Part shown: positions 1 through 8,749 of the stretch, one piece after another
Layout: each line of letters begins with the position of its first letter
Position numbering within the stretch: position 1 is the first letter of the stretch
The notes under the pieces: generated by a model
Seen by the model: the letters and a program-made list of their open reading frames with translations, nothing else
What the model was told of the DNA's origin: nothing
Databases searched by the model: none
Translations under genes and position numbers: made by a program
Source: Betaproteobacteria bacterium
GTDB lineage: Bacteria > Pseudomonadota > Gammaproteobacteria > Burkholderiales > Burkholderiaceae_C
Direction of reading: 5' to 3'
Length of the DNA stretch: 46,687 bases
NCBI GenBank assembly: GCA_031394235.1
Contig: JANMXG010000398.1
Location: 1-46,687 of the forward strand

Positions 1-93
1 GCCAACGACAACGCCAACGCCAACGCCTACGCCAAAGCCAACGCCAGCGCCAACGCCAACGCCAAAGCCAAAGCCAAAGCAAAAGCCAACGCC
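1..93. repeat. Degenerate hexamer tandem repeat (GCCAAC/GCCAAA) inside the YhaN-like CDS
   Basis: Reads ANDNANANAYAKANASANANAKAKAKAKANA in frame +1. Confidence 0.9.
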
Positions 94-2637
94 GACACCC
101 CCGCCGACACCCCCGCACACTCGCCGCCCAGCGCCAGCGCCGAGATCGCGCTGGCCCACCGCCTGCCACCGCTGCCGGCGCGGGCCGCGCTGCTGGGCTG
201 CGCCAGGCGCTTCGAGCGTCTCGACCAGGCGCGCCAGAGCGCCGACACCGCGCTGCGCGAGCGGCAGGCCGACGCGGCCACGCGGCAAGCCCAGTTGGCC
301 GCCGGGGCCGCCGCCGGCACGGTGAACCTGCCCGCCGCGCTGCGGGTGGCGCTGGCCCAGGCCCGGGCGCTGGGGGATGCCCAGGCCGGGCCGGCGCGTG
401 ACGCGGTGCAACTGGCGCGCTGCCAGCGTGCGCTGGCCAGCGCCCAGGCGGGCCTGGACCGCTGGCTGCCCGCCAGCGACCCGTTGCACACCGAGCCCTT
501 GCTGCGCCTGCCCACCCCGGCCGACGTGGCCGGCCGCCAGCAAGCCTGGGTAGACAGCCGCACCGCCTGCCAGCGCCTGTCGGACAAGCAGCGCGACCTG
601 GCGACCGACGCCGCCGCCGCCACACTGGCCATCAACCAGTACCGCCAGGCCCACCACCCGGTCAGTGCCGACGACCTCGCCCAGGCCCGTACCCGCCGCG
701 ATGCCGCCTGGCAGCGCATCGTGACCGGCGTTGCGACCCTGCCCGCTGCCGCACCGGGTTTTGAGCAGCAGATGGCCGCCGCCGATCAACTGGCCGATCA
801 GCGCCATGACAAGGCCCGCGAGGCCAGCGAGTTGCAATCCCGGCTCGATGCCCAAGCCCGGCTGCAGCAGCAATCGACCGATACCGACCAGCGGCTGGCG
901 GACCAGCAGTCCCGCTTGGCGGCACTGGAAGCGGACTGGGCCGCGCTGGCGGCCGGCCTGGGCCTGCCCGGTTTGCCGCTGACCGAGGTCGAGCCCTGGC
1001 GTGCCGCGCGGGCGCAGCGGTTGCAGGCCGAGTCCGACCTGCGGGACGCGCAGCAGGCGCTGGCGGCCAGCCAGCAAGCCGTGGCCGATGTGGCGGCGCA
1101 GTTGGCCACCGCGCTGGCCGGCGCCGGGGTGGCCGTTGAGCCCGACGCCCGCTTCGAGACCCTGCTGTGGATTGCCGGCGACGCGGTGGACGCCGCCGTG
1201 GCCGCCACCACCCGGCAAGCCACCTTGCAAGACCAGCGCGACGCCGCGGCGCTGGCGCTGGCGCGCCAGCACGACCTGGCCGCCGTGGCCAGGGCCGAGT
1301 TCGACGATTGGCAGCGCCACTGGCAGGCTGCCGCCGTGCTTGCCGGCCTGCCCGGCACGGTGACGGTGGCGGGCGCCGAAAGCGCATTGGCGGTGATGGA
1401 CGGCATCGATGTGCGGCTGCGCCACATCCAGGATCTGCGCCAGACGCACATCGCCAACCTGCAGCGTGAGCTGAGCGACTTTGCGCAGGACGTGACCACG
1501 CTGGTGGCGGCGTGGGGGGCGGCGCGGAGCGCAGCCGATTGGCCCAGCCCGCCGGCCAGCGCGGCTGCGCCGGCCGACCAGGTGGCCGACCTGGTGGACC
1601 GGCTGGCCGCGGCGCGCGACCAGCACCAGCAGGCCCAGCGCCTGCGGACCGAGCTGGGGGCCTGCCAGGCCGATGCGTCCCGCGCCGCCGACCGCCTGGC
1701 GCTGGCCCAGGCCGCGCTGGCGCCGCTGCTGCGGCAGGCCGGCGTGCCGGACGCCGAGTCCCTGCGGCCGTTGATCGGCGCGTCCGACCAGCGCCGGCAG
1801 CAAGAAGCCGCTGCGGCCAGTGCGCTGCAGGCGCTGCACGAAGGCGGCGACGGGCTGAGCCTGGACGCGCTGCAGGCCGAGGTGGCCGCCACCCCCACCG
1901 ATCAGCTGCCGCTGGCGCTGGCCGAACTGGCCACCCGGGCCGATGCGCTGCGGCTGACCCAGGATGCACTGACCATCGCGCTGACCCAGGCCAGCGCCGC
2001 GCTGGCGCAGATCGCCGGCCAGGACGACGCCGCCCGTGCCGAAACCGAGCGCCAGCAGGCCCTGGCCGCGATGGCCAACGCCGCCGAGCGCTACCTCACG
2101 GTGCACACCGCCGCCCGCTTGTTGAAGTGGGCGATCGACCGCTACCGTGAGACCCGGCAAGGCCCGATGCTGGGCCGTACCGGCGAGGTTTTTGCCGCAC
2201 TGACGCTGGGCTCGTTCCAGCGCCTGACGGTGGACGCCGACAGCGACCCGCCTGCGCTGTTCGGCCAGCGTGCCGATGGCAGCCGGGTCGGCACTGCCGG
2301 CATGAGCGAGGGCACGCGCGACCAGCTCTACCTGGCGCTGCGCCTGGCCGCGCTGGAGTTGCACCTGGGTGCCAGCCCGGCGAACGCCAGCCCTGCAAAC
2401 GCCAGCCCTGCAAACGCCAGCCCCGCAATCGCCAGCCCCGCAATCGCCGGCCATGCGCTGCCCTTTATCGCCGATGACCTGTTCATCAACTACGACGACG
2501 CCCGGGCCCTGGCCGGCTTGCAGGCGCTGGCCCGGCTGTCCGAGCTGACGCAAGTGATCTTCCTGAGCCACCATGCCCACCTGCTGCCACTGGTGCGGTC
2601 GGTGTTCGGCGCCGGTGTCAACGTGGTGGCTTTGTAG
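1..2637 (+). CDS. YhaN-like / AAA_27 SMC-type coiled-coil ATPase, 5'-partial (runs off the window)
   Basis: Frame +1 is open from base 1 through the listed ORF 295..2637. Long Ala/Gln/Leu coiled coil, then ABC signature-like MSEGTRDQLYLALRLA, Walker B/D-loop LPFIADDLFINYDD and H-loop QVIFLSHH, as in YhaN-family C-termini. Walker A lies upstream of the window. Confidence 0.85.
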   Translation, partial: ANDNANANAYAKANASANANAKAKAKAKANADTPADTPAHSPPSASAEIALAHRLPPLPARAALLGCARRFERLDQARQSADTALRERQADAATRQAQLAAGAAAGTVNLPAALRVALAQARALGDAQAGPARDAVQLARCQRALASAQAGLDRWLPASDPLHTEPLLRLPTPADVAGRQQAWVDSRTACQRLSDKQRDLATDAAAATLAINQYRQAHHPVSADDLAQARTRRDAAWQRIVTGVATLPAAAPGFEQQMAAADQLADQRHDKAREASELQSRLDAQARLQQQSTDTDQRLADQQSRLAALEADWAALAAGLGLPGLPLTEVEPWRAARAQRLQAESDLRDAQQALAASQQAVADVAAQLATALAGAGVAVEPDARFETLLWIAGDAVDAAVAATTRQATLQDQRDAAALALARQHDLAAVARAEFDDWQRHWQAAAVLAGLPGTVTVAGAESALAVMDGIDVRLRHIQDLRQTHIANLQRELSDFAQDVTTLVAAWGAARSAADWPSPPASAAAPADQVADLVDRLAAARDQHQQAQRLRTELGACQADASRAADRLALAQAALAPLLRQAGVPDAESLRPLIGASDQRRQQEAAAASALQALHEGGDGLSLDALQAEVAATPTDQLPLALAELATRADALRLTQDALTIALTQASAALAQIAGQDDAARAETERQQALAAMANAAERYLTVHTAARLLKWAIDRYRETRQGPMLGRTGEVFAALTLGSFQRLTVDADSDPPALFGQRADGSRVGTAGMSEGTRDQLYLALRLAALELHLGASPANASPANASPANASPAIASPAIAGHALPFIADDLFINYDDARALAGLQALARLSELTQVIFLSHHAHLLPLVRSVFGAGVNVVAL
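2371..2445. repeat. 5 x 15-bp in-frame tandem repeat (GCCAGCCCNGCRAWC)
   Basis: Encodes ASPAN-ASPAN-ASPAN-ASPAI-ASPAI between the signature motif and Walker B. Confidence 0.95.
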
Positions 2638-2775
2638 GCCGGCGGCGGCGCGGCGGTCCACCGAACCCGGCCTGCATGCCGCTGTGCAGGCGCCGCCGTC
2701 CTACACCGTGCCGCAAGCCCTTGGCGCACACTGTTCGGCGCGTCCGATTGCGCCGCCCACTACTTTAGGAGCCCT

Positions 2776-3297
2776 ATGGCCAAAACCCAAGAACTCATCG
2801 CCGGCGTCTGCCGTCAATGGCTGTTCAGCCCCAAAGGCGACGTCGAGGGCATGCTGCTCGCGATCAAGGGCGCGGTGGTGCAGGTCACCGGCGACCCGGC
2901 CACCGGCAGGTTGCTGACCCGTGCCACGTCGCCGGGCAAGCGCCTGCGGCTGTTGGCCACGGCCGACCACTCGCCCAAGACCGCACATGCGGCGCACCCG
3001 GTCTACAAGTTCAGCAGTTTTGCCGACGCCGCTGGTCAGCCCATTGACCCACCCGGTGCCGATCCGGCCAAAGCCGTGCTCAAGGGTGTGGTTGCGGCGC
3101 TGCACTTTGCCCGCCACGGCGAGCCCAACGGCGTGGTACTGGAGACCGGCGAGTTCATCCACCTGCGCCCGCACGGCATGGCCTTGCTGGGGCTGGGCGT
3201 GGGCGCCGAGGTGCGCGCGGTGGGCGAGTTGCGCCTGACGGCACTGGGCCAGCCGATGCTGGAAGCCCGTCAGGTCAACCGCATCGTCATCGACTGA
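2776..3297 (+). CDS. Hypothetical protein with an apparent internal duplication (possibly two OB-fold-like units)
   Basis: ATG preceded by AGGAG. The two halves resemble each other (GVCRQWLFSPKGDVEGMLL / GVVAALHFARHGEPNGVVL). Fold assignment is inference. Confidence 0.75.
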   Translation: MAKTQELIAGVCRQWLFSPKGDVEGMLLAIKGAVVQVTGDPATGRLLTRATSPGKRLRLLATADHSPKTAHAAHPVYKFSSFADAAGQPIDPPGADPAKAVLKGVVAALHFARHGEPNGVVLETGEFIHLRPHGMALLGLGVGAEVRAVGELRLTALGQPMLEARQVNRIVID

Positions 3298-4303
3298 GCT
3301 GCCGCCGCTGCAACCACAGCAGGTGCTGCAGCGCCATCAGCACCGCGAGCACTGCCAGCACCAGCGCGCCGGCCGCAGCCATAAGGCCGGCCGTGGGCGC
3401 GGCAAAACGGAACAGCACCCGCAGCGGCGCGATCAGCAGCACGGCGGCCAGCAGCGCAGCGGTGGCGGCCAACACCCGCCACAAGGCCCGATTGGGGCGC
3501 AGCAAGCTCGTCCACAGCCGGCCCGACAACGACCGGTTGACCAGGATCAGCGCCACGCTGCAGCCCACCAGCGCGGTGAAGGTGGCGCCGCGAGCCGCAG
3601 CCTCGGCCACGCCGCTTTGCAGCAGCGCCACAAAAAACAAGCCCACCGCCAGCAGCACCCAACCCCCTTGCGCCAGGCTGCTGGCAATGAATGCCCGCGA
3701 GAACAGCGGTGTTGCCGGGTCGCGCGGCGGCCGGTTCATCCCGTCGCCCTCCTCGGGCTCGGCTTCGAACACGATCGAGCAGACCGGGTCGATCAGCAGT
3801 TCCAAAAAGGCGATGTGCACCGGGCTGAAGACCAGCGGCAGGCCAAACAGCAGCGGCATCAGCGACAGACCGGCAATCGGCACATGCACCGCCAGGACAA
3901 AAGCCATGGCCTTGCGCAGGTTGTCGTAGATGCGCCGGCCCAGCCGCACCGCTGCCACGATGGCGCCAAAGTCGTCGTCCAGCAGCACCAGCGACGCGGC
4001 CTCGCGCGCCACGTCGGTGCCCCGACCGCCCATCGCAATGCCGATGTGCGCGGCCTTGAGCGAAGGCGCGTCATTGACGCCGTCACCGGTCATCGCCACG
4101 ACCTCGCTGTTGGCCTGCAATGCCTGGACGATGCGCAGTTTTTGCTCGGGCAGCACCCGGGCGAAGACGGTGGTGGCGGCGACGCGGCGGCGCAGCTCGG
4201 CATCGTCCATCGTTGCCAGCTCGGTGCCGGTGAGCGTTGCGCCGCAGCTGTCCAGGCCCGCCTGGGTGGCGATGGCTTGGGCAGTGGCGGGGTGGTCGCC
4301 GGT
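3287..4303 (-). pseudogene. C-terminal remnant of a cation-transporting P-type ATPase
   Basis: In-frame TGDHPATAQAIA (from 4303), FARVLPEQKLRIV, MTGDGVNDAPSLKAAHIGIAMG, GRRIYDNLRK and C-terminal TM helices. No DKTGT, A or N domain; homology stops immediately upstream of TGD. Confidence 0.85.
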
Positions 4304-4329
4304 GCCAAGGCGACCCTGCTGTGCCAGGC

Positions 4330-4935
4330 TCAGGACAGCAAGCGCACCAGTGCCGCCGGGTGGATCGGCAGGGCCGCCAGCCCGGCCACGCCCATCAGAA
4401 CGCCGAAGGTTGTGGGTACCAGCGCGGCCCAGAACAGGGGCCAGAGCCGGGTCAGCGCGGTGACGGCCAGCATCGAGATGGCGATGGCGATCAGCGCGTC
4501 CGACAGATCGAACTGGTCGTCGCGGTAGTTCAGCGCGTCGTAGGTGACCTGATCCTGCTCGGCCAGCCGCTTCAATTCGTCCTTTTTGCTGGCTTGGTCC
4601 TTCTCCAACGCACGGTAGCGGGCAATCGCGGTGTCGTAGGCCGGCAAAGCGGCCACCGGCGCGCCGATGCGCGCCAGTTCGAGCTGGGTGGCGCCGGTCT
4701 CGGCCAGCGCCTGGCGCAGGTTGCGCGCTTGGTAAAAAGCCCAGTGGTCGAGCTTGTCCGCCTGCGCCTGCTGCATGGCCTGCACGATGTTGTCGTCCTT
4801 GACCTTGCAGATGCCCATGAACGTGGCCAGCAGCGCCACGGTGATCGCCACGGCCGCGTTCAGGCGGGCGCCGCGGCCGGTAACGGGCGGGTCAAGTTCC
4901 GGGTTGGGCAGCAGGTCTTGCGGGGCGATGTCCAT
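4330..4935 (-). CDS. DUF4337-family membrane protein
   Basis: Likely ATG at 4935 within ORF 4330..5310. TM helix AVAITVALLATFMGICKVKDDNIVQ, motif DHWAFYQARN, coiled coil, two C-terminal TM helices. Confidence 0.75.
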   Translation of the reverse strand: MDIAPQDLLPNPELDPPVTGRGARLNAAVAITVALLATFMGICKVKDDNIVQAMQQAQADKLDHWAFYQARNLRQALAETGATQLELARIGAPVAALPAYDTAIARYRALEKDQASKKDELKRLAEQDQVTYDALNYRDDQFDLSDALIAIAISMLAVTALTRLWPLFWAALVPTTFGVLMGVAGLAALPIHPAALVRLLS

Positions 4936-5465
4936 GGAAGATGTGCAAATGGGGTGTCGGGCTGGGGATTTTGTCTGCGTGGCGGCCCGGCGCGGCGCCT
5001 CACGCACCGGCTTGGCATGAACCGGCTTGACCTTGGGCGGCATTGCAGCAGCACATTCCCATCGGGCCTGCCGCTGCGGAGCGGACAGTCTCGTCCAATC
5101 TGCGCAGGCTGAGACTGGCATGGTCGGTGGTGGCCTTGCGGCGGGTCTGTTCGCTGGCGCACCGCCTGTCGCAGGCAGCCGCGGCACCGGGGGCGTTGCC
5201 CGCGCCATCCGCGCTGCCCCGCCGCGCTGTGCGTGGTGCACAGCCCGCTGCAGGTCGACTGCGGCAGTGCAACCCCGCGTCTGCTGGCCTGCTGGTCCCA
5301 ACGCTGCCAAATTAGGGGGGAATCAATTCACCCTTCACCTGCTGCAGGGCAGTCTTGACCTTGGCCACGCCGATGCGGACAGGGCGCGGCTGGGCGCAGC
5401 CGCGGGCAACCGCTGGGGCTGGACGCCTGACCGCGCTTTGAAGCGGCGATGCCGTCAACCATCAA

Positions 5466-5561
5466 CCCAAGCCCAAGCCCAAGCCCAGTCCCAGTCCCAG
5501 TCCCAGGCCCAGGCCCAGGCCCAGGCCCAGGCCGGGGACTGGGCCGGGGCCGGGGCCGAGG
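5466..5561. repeat. Intergenic hexamer microsatellite: (CCCAAG)3(CCCAGT)3(CCCAGG)5 followed by CCGGGG-type units
   Basis: Read directly: 11 CCCANN units at 5466-5531, then CCGGGG ACTGGG CCGGGG CCGGGG CCGAGG. Confidence 0.95.
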
Positions 5562-5736
5562 AGGCCCGTTACAACCTGGTCAAGACGCCGCGATTGGCAC
5601 CTGTGGGCTGCATGAAGTCGCCTCGGATGGCGCACGCCACAAGCTTTTGCCCGCCGGAACGGTCACGCGGCCCGCCCCTGGGGTTTGAAATCCACATTCG
5701 AGACGCCTCCCCTCATCAGGAAAGACGTTCGTTTGC

Positions 5737-6627
5737 TCAGCCGCGACGCCGTTTCAGCATCGCGCCGACGCCGCAAAGGGCGAGCACGACCAGCGGCAGC
5801 GTTCCTGGCGTGGGCACAGTGCCAATGCAAGGTGGCTGGCCGGGTTTGCCGCAGGTGTCGACGCGACCGGCGAAATCGACCGAGAGATCTTCGATGTTGC
5901 TCAGGCCACCGCCGCCCAGGTTGATCGCGCCGAGAAACGCACCTGTCAGGCCACTCCAGCGTGTGGCTCGGCTGTTTCCAATGTCCGACACAAAGAAGTC
6001 GGTGCCGTCGAAGGCGATGCCCGTGCCGTTGCCCTGGCCGAGCGTGTTGATGAAGCCCAATTGCGAAATCGTGCCATCAAGGTTGTAGATGTCGTACTGC
6101 TGCCCGCTGGCCCGCTTAAAGCCGCCGTCGTAGCGGTTGGCAATCAACTTGCCGTTGAAATACTCCAGTCCGTCATAGAAACCTTCGATGGCGCCAGCGC
6201 CAGTGGCCAAGCCGTTGTTCAGCGTGATGGTACTCAGCAAGGTGCCAGTGATGGAGTACTTGTAAGCCTTGGTGGTACCCGAATAGTCGCCGACCCAGAA
6301 GTCCGTGCCATCAAACGAGATAGCCTGCAGGCCAGAGCTTCCTGCGACGTTGAAGGCAATGCCGAGATCGGCATTGCTGCTGACGCTGCGCTTGAACACA
6401 TTGCCACTGTTGGCGGTCGTGTAAAAAATGTTGTCACCCACGACGACGACCCCCCGGCCGTTGCCCTTGTCCTGGGTGAAGGTACCCACGCGTGCGCCGG
6501 TGGTGGTGTCTTGCGATGTAATTTGGCAGGCGCCGCACGCGACGTTCGTGTACAGCAGCGGTGCCGCAGTGGCGCCGACGGCGACAAGCGCCGTGGCAAT
6601 TCCTGCAAGGGCGGTTCGGAAAATCAT
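5737..6627 (-). CDS. PEP-CTERM-type sorted surface protein (variant VPTPG signal), probable beta-propeller
   Basis: Signal peptide MIFRTALAGIATALVAVGATA. C-terminus VPTPGTLPLVVLALCGVGAMLKRRRG (motif, TM, basic tail). Internal repeats such as AISFDGTDFWV / GIAFDGTDFFV. GGAG SD present. Confidence 0.88.
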   Translation of the reverse strand: MIFRTALAGIATALVAVGATAAPLLYTNVACGACQITSQDTTTGARVGTFTQDKGNGRGVVVVGDNIFYTTANSGNVFKRSVSSNADLGIAFNVAGSSGLQAISFDGTDFWVGDYSGTTKAYKYSITGTLLSTITLNNGLATGAGAIEGFYDGLEYFNGKLIANRYDGGFKRASGQQYDIYNLDGTISQLGFINTLGQGNGTGIAFDGTDFFVSDIGNSRATRWSGLTGAFLGAINLGGGGLSNIEDLSVDFAGRVDTCGKPGQPPCIGTVPTPGTLPLVVLALCGVGAMLKRRRG

Positions 6628-6696
6628 GGTGATATCTCCAGGGTCGCGGGCGAGGCGCCTGCCGCCGCAGCAGGATAAATCGACAAGAAATTAACG

Positions 6697-6712
6697 AGCA
6701 AACTGCATGCCA
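6697..6712 (-). promoter_or_regulatory. Sigma54 (-24/-12) promoter of the PEP-CTERM gene
   Basis: Minus strand TGGCATGCAGTTTGCT = GG-N10-GC, close to the TGGCAC-N5-TTGCW consensus, 70 bp upstream of the start codon. Confidence 0.85.
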
Positions 6713-6742
6713 GGACGCTTGCGGATTTTAAAAATCCTTGTT

Positions 6743-6755
6743 TTTCAGAGACTTA
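6743..6755. promoter_or_regulatory. IHF-like site between enhancer and sigma54 promoter
   Basis: TTTCAGAGACTTA, two mismatches to WATCAANNNNTTR, next to an AT-rich tract. Confidence 0.4.
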
Positions 6756-6798
6756 GACGCGTGAACGGGCCATGACCTACTCCAGGCGTCTTGTGATG

Positions 6799-6815
6799 TG
6801 TAAAGGTTCCCGACA
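6799..6815. promoter_or_regulatory. Putative PrsR enhancer (TGT-N11-ACA)
   Basis: TGTAAAGGTTCCCGACA, 14/17 identical to the site at 45354-45370 upstream of the other PEP-CTERM gene. Confidence 0.75.
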
Positions 6816-7094
6816 TGCGGGCTTGCAGGGCGGGACGGCATGCCGAGCGCCGCGAGCGTCGCCGGCAACGTGGTGTGGATGTCGGTGACGTAGCGCCGGA
6901 AGGTTCGGCGTTGACTGTCGGCCGCCAGCAAATCCGACCGCGAGCGCAGCGCCCGTCAGATGATTGCTGGCGGGTTTCGAGCCTGCCGCTGGCAAGCGCT
7001 GTTCGACCGCGTCGCATCGGGCTGGCCTTCCCCAATGCCGGTCATTCCAGGCCAGACACCTGCCAGCCGCACGGGTGCGGTCAATCCGCGCGGT

Positions 7095-7790
7095 TCAGGG
7101 CGCCCGGGTTGCCAGCGGCAGCGCCCGGCTGGCCTCGGCACAAAAGCCTGCCAGTTGGCCCAGCACCGCCTGCACCGCAGTGTTGGCCGCCGCCACGCCG
7201 CCGCCGGGGTCGTCGCTGGGCGCGGCCACGGTCTGGTCGAACTCTCGCCAGGCCAGCACTTTGCGTGTGCGGCTGTCCACCAGGTGAGCGCGCAGCGTGA
7301 AGCGCAATTGGCTGGGCGACGCGCCAAACACCTGCTGCAGCCGCAGCACCTCGGTGTCCAGCCGCAGGCTGGCATCGACGCTGCCCGGTGCGCTGACCAC
7401 CGCGCCGAACGCGCCGGTCTGCTCCAGCGCGGCCACGATCAACGGGGTCAACATGTGGGACGGTGTGTCCACCCATTCGTTGTTGGCAAAGTACTCTAGC
7501 CGGTGCGCTTCGCGCACGTACAGCATGCGGCGGCTGTCCAGGCCGGCTGCGACGCGGGGTGCGGTCACGACCAGCGTGGCGCCTGCTGCCGAACCGGCAC
7601 TGGACAACGGGCCAGGCCCTTTGGGCTGGGCATCCAGCGTGTGAAAGTTGGGCAGTACCGTTGGTTTGGGCAGCAAGTCTGCACAGCCGCTGGCCAGCAC
7701 CAGCGCCAACACCTGCAGCAGCGTGACGGCTGCGGTGACGCCCGCAGTTGCGGCCCGGCGGCGGGCCTGAAACCCGGTGGTGTGGTTCAT
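7095..7790 (-). CDS. ABC-type transport auxiliary lipoprotein (PqiC/ABC_trans_aux family)
   Basis: Lipobox LASGC; motifs DSRRMLY and YFANNEWVDTP; last gene of the MCE operon, with a 4-bp overlap with the MlaD-family gene. Confidence 0.85.
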   Translation of the reverse strand: MNHTTGFQARRRAATAGVTAAVTLLQVLALVLASGCADLLPKPTVLPNFHTLDAQPKGPGPLSSAGSAAGATLVVTAPRVAAGLDSRRMLYVREAHRLEYFANNEWVDTPSHMLTPLIVAALEQTGAFGAVVSAPGSVDASLRLDTEVLRLQQVFGASPSQLRFTLRAHLVDSRTRKVLAWREFDQTVAAPSDDPGGGVAAANTAVQAVLGQLAGFCAEASRALPLATRAP

Positions 7791-8749
7791 CGCTGGGGGT
7801 CTCCGGAGGTGGACTCGCCCGGCCCGGCGGGCACGGGGCTGCGGCCAAACAACAGGCTGGCCGGACTGCGTTCGGTCTGTTCGGCCAGGCGCCGCAGCGA
7901 GCCGGACAGCACGGCCAACTCGCCCATCAGGCGCTGCAGGTCGGGCAGGGTTTCGGCCGTCAGGCGTTGCAGGTCGCCAGCCACCGTGACCACGGCCTTG
8001 CCGGCGTCGTCGCTGGCCTTTGTGGCAGCCGTGCCCAGACGCTCAACCGAATCGGCGCCGCGGCCGACACGCTCCAGCACTGGCCCGATCTGCGCACTGG
8101 CCTGAGCGCCGCGGTCGGCCGCCAGGGCGGCGTTGGCGACGGTGCGGTCTATCGCGCCCCGGTTCTTGGCCAGCAGTTCGGCCAGCGCCTGGGTGGCCTG
8201 GGCGGTGTTGGCCAGGGTCTGGCTGAAAGCGACCTTGTTGGCGTCGCTGAGGATCGCGTTGAGGTTGTTTGAGGTGCTGTCGAGCTGGCCCAGCACATGG
8301 GTCAGCACGTTTTCCAGCCGTGCGCTGAGCGACGGCTTGGTGCGGATCTGCGGCAACTCGCCGTCCACGGTGGCCAGCAGCGGTGCGGCGTCGCGGGCAC
8401 CGCCGGCCAGCTCAACGTAGGCGATGCCGGTCAGCCCCTGGGTCTTGAGCACTGCCACGGTGTCCACCTTGATGGGCGTGCCGCGCTTGATGGCAAACAC
8501 CAGCCGCACCCGGTCCGGGTTGGCGGCATCGAGTGCGATGCTGCGCACCTTGCCGACGTCCACCCCGTTGTACTTGACCGGCGCGTTCAGGTTCAGGCCG
8601 GCAACCGACTCGTCCTCGATCGCGAGGTACAGGTCTTCCGCGCTGCGCGTGGCACCGCCCGCGGCCAGCCACAACACGCCGGCAATCAACAGCGCGCCCA
8701 AGGCCAGCACAAATGCGCCGACCACCGTGAAGTTCACCTTGGTGTCGAT
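7787..8749 (-). CDS. MlaD-family MCE substrate-binding protein (start at ATC 8749 or GTG 8737)
   Basis: N-terminal TM; MCE motifs SVAGLNLNAPVKYNGVDVGKV and LKTQGLTGIAYVEL; helical tail ending PASLLFG. Confidence 0.9.
   Translation of the reverse strand: MDTKVNFTVVGAFVLALGALLIAGVLWLAAGGATRSAEDLYLAIEDESVAGLNLNAPVKYNGVDVGKVRSIALDAANPDRVRLVFAIKRGTPIKVDTVAVLKTQGLTGIAYVELAGGARDAAPLLATVDGELPQIRTKPSLSARLENVLTHVLGQLDSTSNNLNAILSDANKVAFSQTLANTAQATQALAELLAKNRGAIDRTVANAALAADRGAQASAQIGPVLERVGRGADSVERLGTAATKASDDAGKAVVTVAGDLQRLTAETLPDLQRLMGELAVLSGSLRRLAEQTERSPASLLFGRSPVPAGPGESTSGDPQR

Noticed and set aside
5312-5400. Minus-strand peptide ...RIGVAKVKTALQQVKGELIPP with coding-like codons
   Set aside because: May be a gene remnant, but I could not assign a start or a family.
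5466-5531. Repeat arrays (also 2371-2445 and 17751-17813) as possible CRISPR
   Set aside because: Head-to-tail units with no unique spacers, and no cas genes in the window.
5027-6088. 353-aa plus-strand ORF containing a QAQAQSQ repeat
   Set aside because: Overlaps the PEP-CTERM gene antisense, has no recognisable domain, and the repeat is simply the microsatellite.
7060-7100. PEPRGLTA in an alternative frame after the PqiC-like stop, as the lost ATPase N-terminus
   Set aside because: Too short, no start codon and no continuing homology.
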